From Patescibacteria group bacterium (GTDB lineage: Bacteria > Patescibacteriota > Microgenomatia > Levybacterales > UBA12049), in contig BPJB01000001.1 in assembly GCA_026004395.1 (NCBI GenBank), positions 1,035,226 to 1,084,101 on the forward strand: 48,876 nucleotides of DNA. Reading direction: 5' to 3'. Positions within the stretch are counted from its first letter, which is position 1. Each line of letters opens with the position of its first letter. This document shows positions 28,501 to 34,851 of the stretch, piece by piece. The notes under the pieces are model-generated. The model had not been told where the DNA came from and did no database searches. It saw only the letters and a program-made list of their open reading frames with translations. A program made the position numbers and the translations under genes.

Positions 28501-29361
28501 CGGTTGAAATGCTGCCTTTTGGGAAACGAGTATGGAATCTCGTGTAGGAGATGTAATAAAAACAAAGGGTACAAGCTCTGCGTCTATTTGAGTAGAAGGC
28601 AAAATTTGTTTTTCAGGGGTATCCAGCTCAGAATCGTCACCTGTTTGATTGACACCTGTTTTATCAGAAGTAGTATTCGTTCCATCAGCTTGATATGGGG
28701 TGGGTTGATTGTTTTCTGAGGGTGCTTGTTCCGCGTCAGTAAAGGAGGGCATGGTATTGAAAACAACTATTTTAAGAGGAGGCTGGAAATAGCGAAGGTT
28801 TACCACCCTGTGGATAGTTCTATTGTTGAATTTAGTAAGTGCAGGGTGTTGAAACTCGAGAAGATAGCGTTTGAGAAAAAGAGGTTTTGTTCGGAATCTG
28901 CCCTCTGAATTGGTCATCTGTTGATCTATTTCTTTTTTGGTTGGAATGTCTTTTACAATAATTGTTGCTCCAGCCAGAGGAATTTCTTTGTTGTTTTTAT
29001 CTTTTATTACTAGTGATCCAGAGATTGCTTTGAACGATAAGTAAGGAAGAGGTTGTTTTTTATTTTGCTTTTCATCCTGCGATTTTTCTACTTCGTCTTC
29101 AATTTGTTTAAGGATTGCTTCTTGTACATCCTCTTGAGTACTTAATGGACCCAAAAGCCATAAATCCTCAATACGAACAGTTGGAAATTCTTGATGAAAT
29201 TCTTCAAGTGGTTGTTGGTGGTTTTCACAAAATTCTCTCCATTGTTTTTTTGATGAGATAGAAATAAGAAAAGGAAATTTTTCCAAGAGTTCAGACCATG
29301 CTTGAGAGTACTCAAATGCAATCTTGGGATTAACTTTTAGATATTTAAGAGCTTTATCCAT
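25525..29361 (-). CDS. 1278-aa bitopic protein: about 600-aa cytoplasmic N-region, one TM helix, extracellular region ending in an M23 (LytM) peptidase domain. Candidate T4SS cell-wall hydrolase (VirB1/PrgK analog).
   Basis: C-terminus carries AIDI...GDVVGYSGS...GPHVHFQI (HxH at 25609-25617), typical of Peptidase_M23. An Arg-rich segment precedes the TM helix WIVIAILLILLILLLTIGG (about 27490-27560) and an acidic segment follows it. A poly-Ser/acidic tract is present, and an N-terminal CarboxypepD_reg-like beta domain. Confidence 0.65.
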   Translation of the reverse strand: MDKALKYLKVNPKIAFEYSQAWSELLEKFPFLISISSKKQWREFCENHQQPLEEFHQEFPTVRIEDLWLLGPLSTQEDVQEAILKQIEDEVEKSQDEKQNKKQPLPYLSFKAISGSLVIKDKNNKEIPLAGATIIVKDIPTKKEIDQQMTNSEGRFRTKPLFLKRYLLEFQHPALTKFNNRTIHRVVNLRYFQPPLKIVVFNTMPSFTDAEQAPSENNQPTPYQADGTNTTSDKTGVNQTGDDSELDTPEKQILPSTQIDAELVPFVFITSPTRDSILVSQKAAFQPLSDFNIEIPFSEEIKQDPSYQQLREEQIKRWEAENHESINSVKGQDYILGKGSSSLDKDTLALFVRQFPQLAQKYKDQEANKIYQDQTGKVSPESDPIFQKLKAEVDKAMNRVLEDWERSPTTPPIPLQRATIEAILPYYRYFAEHFPKKASAYAQFDNALNFVVGLLKKQTTISSTSENKQSPSSPVDLDSRKISIDSSENLVSDNEKVIGEEESSDEDDNSSSSSSSSSNKKENRSQNLTQSAEKSTDDRSSSPSRSRSANRPLRSFSRPPLPQKQLTRMLGARVGQAGRLGISSAARIGGLAARAAPLLAHPATWIVIAILLILLILLLTIGGDESTTEMQGRFTEVSKNTTDQQVTNPESQTFCRGRNCATVQGASTSARVLAAMDTNLFEAISDSLKAVGDTVDKYQQELQKIAERIKESQITYTIRVVYEGQAEDIIVTDPIPENALFISASGKYTTKKEILPNGLEKVTAVIWSVRENQGMINNQSGSSSGQLTGTPSTSQASSVNFNKYTQSPYNLPPPNGPSDINFSESQMNDMNTLGSLVAKYQSYLRTKVKNGDPKYIDPFLSVIWTGAVEGIGGYRFFWNCQDTHKEINRGCIGGYYSGGWQVGYGIQVSQATSHIVEDFEAAYGQGSASNPSKVKEVGQRVINDSGGKITNPPSFPEIALTTLASRAQSGDSSAQQAIAILLMDKDLGAIALAREIASDIAANDNWRSTMEGWAPYYKQFMQTFSNRAKALADKYKGIPMSDNTGTVSTFAPQEFTITILPLVRNDLFYSSRAIARAIGGQGNPQSGEKTTSTTNPPNPNATCPGVGPITCGTKQGSAVAPACHCTASYQASVCSMYGGVCDYCAAGVDSASYAIDITNPLNGPVYIPKISINGEAHSVTCKGYNNQTGKEPDQVIQIVSCSDDITDEPIWMQFHHSRKSNPVEVDKYYKSGDVVGYSGSFQVFNSGPHVHFQIGIGGPCGFDGIQGCRNADQYVKCN

Positions 29362-29423
29362 GGCAGGGGAAGATAAGAAATATCCTTACTCTTTTCTTAT
29401 ACTAGCAAAAATTAATTAGATTG

Positions 29424-31403
29424 CTAAGAGGAGCCTGGTTGGTTAGTAGTTTGTTGTAGAGATCCTTCTGTTAAAGGAGTAGGAGGAGAAGGCGGTAAGT
29501 TTTCATTAGAAGATGGAGTAGAGGGAATTGAGGAATAAGATGTTGTTAAAGTACCATTAGAATCTTCATTTGTTGGGATTTGGCTGGCTGTTGCATTCTC
29601 TTGAGAAAGATTTTGTTGCTCTCGCTCAATAATTTCTTGGGGATTGGAGGTTATTAACTCATGCTCAAAAGGAGCAGCGAGTACTTTCATCGCAACGTGA
29701 TTTTGACCCGCAAAGAAAAGACCTTCTCCTATATCTGCTGAAAGAAGAAGCTCTCTTTCTCCCTCAGAAAGATAAAAAGTCTCTCCCACTATATCTACTT
29801 CAGCCGTTCCTTGTTTAAGAAGAATTTGAATAGATGAGTTGGTAAGAACAGCTTTTCCATAATCTGTTTTGAGAAAGTCTTCAACATCCTGTGTGGCAGT
29901 TGTTAATCCTAGATAGTATTTGCGTGCGCGTTTGGCAATTGAGTAGACAAATGAGGCAGAATCTTCGTATTTCATCATGTACCAACCCTCATCAAGTATA
30001 AGAAGACGTTTCTTAAGTGATTTCTTAACTTTTGTCCAGACAAAATCAAGGATAATATGCATGGCAACTGGCCGCAGTTCTTCTTCTAAGTTACGGATAG
30101 AGAAGACAGTTAACGGATTGGTAATATCAAAGTTTGAGGGTTGGTTGAAGATTCCAGCAGCACTTCCTTTGATGAATTTTTCAAGTCTGAAGGCGATTTC
30201 TTTTGCTGCTTGTGTTTCCATTCCAAGGAGTGTTTTGTAGAGGTCTTCCAAAAGAGGTGGTTCTTTTTTCTGTGTTTCAGGGTCTGGTGTAATTCCTTTT
30301 TGTCTGTAGGTTTCAACTAGCGCTTTATCCAAAATTGCATCGTGTTCTGCATCAAGTTCTCCGGTAATTAGTTTCAAAAGCCCATGCAAAGAGAGAATTT
30401 TTAACCCAAGTTCATTTTCACCGGGTTCATATAATTGTGAGAGATCAAAAGGATTAATTTTTACGGGCGCTGATGAACTGAATGAGACAATTTCTCCCCC
30501 TAGTGATTTGGTAAGTGTTTCATATTCTCCCTCAGGATCAATCACAATAACTTCTGTTCCTAACATAAACTGTCTCATAATTTCAAGTTTAATAAGATAC
30601 GATTTACCGGAGCCTGATTTTCCTAAGACTACTTCATTCGCATTTTCCAGTGAAAAGCGATCAAAAATAATTAAAGATCCATTCTGTTGGTTGATGCCGT
30701 ACATGACTCCTTTATTTTGTGTGAGAACAGCCGATGTAAACGGGAAGGTAGAGGCAAGAGAGGTCGTATCCATATTGCGTGTTATAAAGAGTTTATCTTG
30801 ACCATAAGGTATAGTTGATTTAAATCCCTCTTCCATCTGCAAAGTTGCGGATTTTGCTGAAATAAGAAGAGATGAGAGTGTGGTTTTTAGCTGCTTTGAA
30901 GCCTCTTCAAGTTCGTTGAGATTATCTGCTGAGAGTGTAAGATAAAAACTAAATTGAAAAAATCTCTCAACTCCCTTGGCAAGCTCTTCTTGAAGAGCGA
31001 GTGCATCTTCAAGTGCTGCTTCTACTCGAGGGTCAGCAGGTCTGCCTTGTTCTGCTTCGGATTCGATTGTTGCCTCCATCTCTGCAATCTTTCTTTTTAG
31101 ATCATCCAAAACATCTGATGCTGATGTTGGGTAACAAAACATAGCGATATCTAGTGTATGGTCAAAATCAATGATTGGCTCAAGCCATCCTGGGGAGACA
31201 AAGCGGGGGTAGCCAACAACAAAAAGTGTGGTAAAGAATTTTTCTCCAACGCGAATGTATTTGAAATCAACTTCAACCGAAGAAGGAGCGATGATATCTA
31301 CAAGCGATACCATTCCTTTCTCAAGATTGGCTATTCCAGGAGTCGGGTGGGTTTTGTGTGTAATTTGAGATTGTTGTGTTTTTTTTCCTCCAAAAAGTTT
31401 CAT
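29424..31403 (-). CDS. virB4: VirB4-family type IV secretion ATPase
   Basis: Walker A GKSGSGKS and Walker B LLILDEGW. The N-domain block VDIIAPSSVEVDFKYIRVGEKFFTTLFVVGYP is typical of VirB4/TraE/PrgJ-like ATPases. S/T/P-rich C-terminal tail. Confidence 0.8.
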   Translation of the reverse strand: MKLFGGKKTQQSQITHKTHPTPGIANLEKGMVSLVDIIAPSSVEVDFKYIRVGEKFFTTLFVVGYPRFVSPGWLEPIIDFDHTLDIAMFCYPTSASDVLDDLKRKIAEMEATIESEAEQGRPADPRVEAALEDALALQEELAKGVERFFQFSFYLTLSADNLNELEEASKQLKTTLSSLLISAKSATLQMEEGFKSTIPYGQDKLFITRNMDTTSLASTFPFTSAVLTQNKGVMYGINQQNGSLIIFDRFSLENANEVVLGKSGSGKSYLIKLEIMRQFMLGTEVIVIDPEGEYETLTKSLGGEIVSFSSSAPVKINPFDLSQLYEPGENELGLKILSLHGLLKLITGELDAEHDAILDKALVETYRQKGITPDPETQKKEPPLLEDLYKTLLGMETQAAKEIAFRLEKFIKGSAAGIFNQPSNFDITNPLTVFSIRNLEEELRPVAMHIILDFVWTKVKKSLKKRLLILDEGWYMMKYEDSASFVYSIAKRARKYYLGLTTATQDVEDFLKTDYGKAVLTNSSIQILLKQGTAEVDIVGETFYLSEGERELLLSADIGEGLFFAGQNHVAMKVLAAPFEHELITSNPQEIIEREQQNLSQENATASQIPTNEDSNGTLTTSYSSIPSTPSSNENLPPSPPTPLTEGSLQQTTNQPGSS

Positions 31404-31406
31404 ACT

Positions 31407-32066
31407 TTACGCTGGTTTGATAATGGGTGTGTTAATATCCATCTCAGCTTGTGAAGCTTGAATGGGTGAATCATTAAAAATATCATAATACAGCTTGATC
31501 AGATCTTCTTTTTCAAGCGTTCTTGATGAAATAGCTAGCTTTGCAAGCTGTGCGTGTAAGGATTCTGCTTTACTAAGAAGTGTTTTTTTGGCTGCTTCAA
31601 CTAAGGCGTATTTTTCAGATTCATTTTTACCAAACGTTTGTTTGACGCCACTTAAACCAGCTTCCAAAGATGAGAAAGGTATAACAATATAGAACGCTTT
31701 ATTAAGAACAACATTGACTCTTACCATCTCTCTTACAAATTCGCGGTAAAGCTTGATGTGTTGGGAAAGAAGCTCGTTTTTGGTCATTCTTTCTGCCTCT
31801 TCAAGGTCTTTTATATAGGAGGAGATATCCATGCGTTTATTGCGGATAATAATTTGAATGGGAAAGGTTAAAGAGTTAAGCAGTGCAGCATAGGCGTAGA
31901 TTCTTGCATCCTGTTCTTTTTTGGAGAGAAGTGTAAAATTGCTAGCGGTGATCTCAATAACCAGCGCTGCGTTCCCACCAGTAAAAATTACTATATTATC
32001 AACAATGTCAACAATCTCTGTAAATTTTTGTGTTGTAGCATGTGTTTTTTGAGCAGGTGACTTCAT
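31407..32066 (-). CDS. Stand-alone protein resembling the VirB4 N-terminal domain
   Basis: Colinear similarity to the first ~200 aa of the adjacent VirB4, for example IVDNIVIFTGGNAALVIEITASNF versus APSSVEVDFKYIRVGEKFFTTLFV. No P-loop. The ATG at 32066 is preferred over the TTG at 32099. Confidence 0.45.
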   Translation of the reverse strand: MKSPAQKTHATTQKFTEIVDIVDNIVIFTGGNAALVIEITASNFTLLSKKEQDARIYAYAALLNSLTFPIQIIIRNKRMDISSYIKDLEEAERMTKNELLSQHIKLYREFVREMVRVNVVLNKAFYIVIPFSSLEAGLSGVKQTFGKNESEKYALVEAAKKTLLSKAESLHAQLAKLAISSRTLEKEDLIKLYYDIFNDSPIQASQAEMDINTPIIKPA

Positions 32067-32117
32067 ACTAAATCTTATCTTTATGCTAAACTCAAGCAAT
32101 CTTTTATTTACAATATT

Positions 32118-33335
32118 TTAACCAAATAATTCACGCCTCAGTTCTTCTCTGGCATCTGTAGATATAACTTCAAGGGGCAACATGACTTCTCCTTTAGCCT
32201 CAATTTCTACTGTGTCAAAGCGATGAATACCTCTAGGATCTTCAAACTCAGCTGTATAAACGCCGTTTGCAAGTGGAGTGGCTGATGCAAACTGACCCAA
32301 GCCGTTAGTTTTGAAAGCTCTTACAGGGTTACCATCTTTATCTTTAATCTCAATTAGTATATTGGGTAATAAATTACCGCGTGGATCTTTGACGATGCCC
32401 ATAATAATATTAGGAGCATCAGGCAGTTTCGGAAGACCTACTTTCACAGCTTGGTCTTTGGGGATACTATGTACATGCTGTGATTTTTCGGCAACTTTTG
32501 TCTTCTCTATAACTTTTTGTTGTTGGGAAAGCTCCATTTGTTGTTTGAGTTTCTTAAGTTCTTCTTCTAGCTGTTGTTTTTGTGCCAGGATATCATTGAG
32601 TTGTTTTTCTAGGGCTTCGACCTCATTATGGATTGTTTCTGTGGGTTGATTTGCTTGTTGAAGTTGAGCCTCTTCTTGTTTGGCGTTCTCAAGCTCTTTT
32701 TTAATAGCCTCTGCTTCTTTTTCAAGCTCATGTTCAAGATCTTCGGGAGATTGTGCGATCTTAGTTCTAAGCATCTCCTCCTCAGAGAGCTGATGAGTTT
32801 TATCCGTGTTATCACTTCTAATGGATATAAGTTGTGCAGTAGTTATCTGAGGATTAAAGATAGATTGCAGGAAGGCTTCTTCTTTTTCATCCAGAACGCT
32901 GCGATTTTTGTGCATAACAGATTGTAGATATGCGGCAAGTTCACGTTCTCGTTTTTCTTTTTCTTTATCATGCTGTTTTGCTTTTTGATCCAAGTCTTTT
33001 CTTAGAGAGGAAAGATCAATTGTGGATATGGCTAAAGTCCCACCAGATTTTACATAAATGTACTGTGTTGGGCTAAAGAGTGCTTTGAAAAAATTGGCAA
33101 TCATCAAATCCATTGGCCGTCCTTCAATAGGGAGAAAGGCAAGAGCAGCTCCCACCCCAGCACAAAGTGGGATAAAGATAATCTTGATGAGGATAAATAT
33201 GGGAGAATAATAGAAGATGACTGCCAGCACAGACCCAGCAGCTACATAGGCAAATTGTTTGACAGTCATGTTTCCGATAAGCCGGAACTGAAATCCTGTC
33301 ACATCTTGTGGTATAGGATGGTTTTCCATAATCAA
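32118..33335 (-). CDS. VirB3/PrgI-like membrane protein with a coiled coil and a C-terminal CarboxypepD_reg-like domain
   Basis: N-terminus PIPQDVTGFQFRLIGNMTVKQFAYVAAG plus two TM helices resembles the PrgI/VirB3 family. Next comes a Glu/Lys/Gln coiled coil. The C-terminus GIVKDPRGNLLPNILIEIKDKDGNPVRAFKTNGLGQF...GVYTAEF fits the carboxypeptidase-regulatory fold. Confidence 0.5.
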   Translation of the reverse strand: MIMENHPIPQDVTGFQFRLIGNMTVKQFAYVAAGSVLAVIFYYSPIFILIKIIFIPLCAGVGAALAFLPIEGRPMDLMIANFFKALFSPTQYIYVKSGGTLAISTIDLSSLRKDLDQKAKQHDKEKEKRERELAAYLQSVMHKNRSVLDEKEEAFLQSIFNPQITTAQLISIRSDNTDKTHQLSEEEMLRTKIAQSPEDLEHELEKEAEAIKKELENAKQEEAQLQQANQPTETIHNEVEALEKQLNDILAQKQQLEEELKKLKQQMELSQQQKVIEKTKVAEKSQHVHSIPKDQAVKVGLPKLPDAPNIIMGIVKDPRGNLLPNILIEIKDKDGNPVRAFKTNGLGQFASATPLANGVYTAEFEDPRGIHRFDTVEIEAKGEVMLPLEVISTDAREELRRELFG

Positions 33336-33472
33336 TTCAAAAGTTAAGTCTCAAAGTACAATTAAGATAAATAGGTACTACTATTCATCACAGTGTATAA
33401 CGTGAAAAATCTACTTTCAAGATTATCAAAATGGGTCAAATAATTATCTAACTAGTACGGTTTTTGTGAAAA

Positions 33473-34801
33473 TTATTTTTCTGGAATGGATTTTGCAGCC
33501 TCAGCAATTACAAGGATTGATAACAAAAGTAGAATCCCAATACCTAAAGATGTTCCTTTAGCAATCTCTTTGAGATTGGCTCTTAGATGTTCAAGTTTTT
33601 TTTGTGCTTCTTCGTTATTTTCAGCTTGTTGAATAAGATCTCCTGCAATAGTTGAGATAAGAGCATCAATATCTCCAGATCTAATTGCAGTGATAATTTT
33701 TTTTGCTTTATCTTTATCTATCAAACCATTTTCCATACTGGTCAGATACGACTCAAATAGATTATTGCTTTCTAGATCAGAGCTAAATTTTTCCCAAAGC
33801 AGGAGTTGAGACTTTAGATCCTCAGCCTGTTTTTGATCTGTTGGATTGCTACTTCCTTCCAGTCTAGCAATTTCTGTTTTTAATGATGCGATGTGGTGAT
33901 CAATGCCATTTTTATTACATCCTAAAACATTAAGAATATGTTGAAGAGATTTTACATCTGCGAGATTTTGCCGCTGAAGTAAAACATGAATTTCTTGCAG
34001 ACTTTTCTTTTGTTCCTCTGAGAGAGAAGAATTTTCTTTTGTTACGTTAGCTATGAGCTGGTCAATATCATCCGCCGTGATAATACCATTAGATTCTGCA
34101 GTTGTTGTAATAATTTTATTGATTTCTTGAGAATCAATATTTTCTGGAATATTTCCTTCATTCAAAATCACTTCTTTTTGCAGATTAAGTAATTGTCTCT
34201 CATCGCTACTAAAAAGCGTGTCTATTTTGTCAGATTCTACTAATCTTTGTGCTGCAAGAATGTCTTTTACAGGGATGATTCTTCCCACCTCAGATCCGTG
34301 TACGGTCAAAACTGTACAGGTAAATGTATCATCAGCATTTCTTCTTTTGATACTCAGTAAACGCTCCTTTTTTTGACTATCCGTTGGTACATATACCTCA
34401 TTCCCTTGAGCAAAGGATATATCAACCTCTTTTCCTATATCAATTTTGCTTAAAAGATCGAGCTGATAAAGTGCATTCTCTGCAGGAGTTAGCTGTTGAC
34501 CGTGATCAATTTTTTTACGTATTTCTCTTATTTTTCTATTGATCAGGGCATCTCCCAAAAGGAGGATCTCCTCTTTTTGTCTTTCTCTTGTTACCTCACG
34601 GCTTTCTTGTTTTTTTTCTGTCTCAGCTTCTTCTTTTTGCGTATCTTGAGAGGGTGATTCTCTGGTAGAAGACTCAGGATTGGTGTTAAAAGGATTAATG
34701 TCCAAATCATCTATTCCTTCTTTATTATCTTGAGAGTTATTTGGACTGGACGATTCTGGATGCAAAGATTGTTCATGTTGATCAACTGGTTTTGAGTCCA
34801 T
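33473..34801 (-). CDS. Tail-anchored acidic coiled-coil protein, hypothetical
   Basis: 442 aa. Disordered acidic N-terminus, long helical region, single C-terminal TM helix (SLGIGILLLLSILVIAEAA). No known motif. Confidence 0.5.
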   Translation of the reverse strand: MDSKPVDQHEQSLHPESSSPNNSQDNKEGIDDLDINPFNTNPESSTRESPSQDTQKEEAETEKKQESREVTRERQKEEILLLGDALINRKIREIRKKIDHGQQLTPAENALYQLDLLSKIDIGKEVDISFAQGNEVYVPTDSQKKERLLSIKRRNADDTFTCTVLTVHGSEVGRIIPVKDILAAQRLVESDKIDTLFSSDERQLLNLQKEVILNEGNIPENIDSQEINKIITTTAESNGIITADDIDQLIANVTKENSSLSEEQKKSLQEIHVLLQRQNLADVKSLQHILNVLGCNKNGIDHHIASLKTEIARLEGSSNPTDQKQAEDLKSQLLLWEKFSSDLESNNLFESYLTSMENGLIDKDKAKKIITAIRSGDIDALISTIAGDLIQQAENNEEAQKKLEHLRANLKEIAKGTSLGIGILLLLSILVIAEAAKSIPEK

Positions 34802-34814
34802 AGTTTGATAATAC

Positions 34815-34843
34815 TTGATTCAACTGCCTATATCAACTATGAT
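34815..34843 (+). promoter_or_regulatory. Promoter of the 946-aa gene with near-leaderless geometry
   Basis: TTGATT (34815-34820), 17-nt spacer, TATGAT (34838-34843), then 8 nt to the ATG at 34852. Confidence 0.45.
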
Positions 34844-34851
34844 TTTTATAT

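Noticed and set aside
32311-32927. Plus-strand ORFs (32311-32649, 32628-32927) rich in Ser/Cys/Phe/Leu inside the VirB3-like gene
   Set aside because: They are mirror images of the Glu/Lys/Gln coiled-coil coding region, because GAA/AAG repeats read as TTC/CTT on the opposite strand. An artefact of repetitive codon content.
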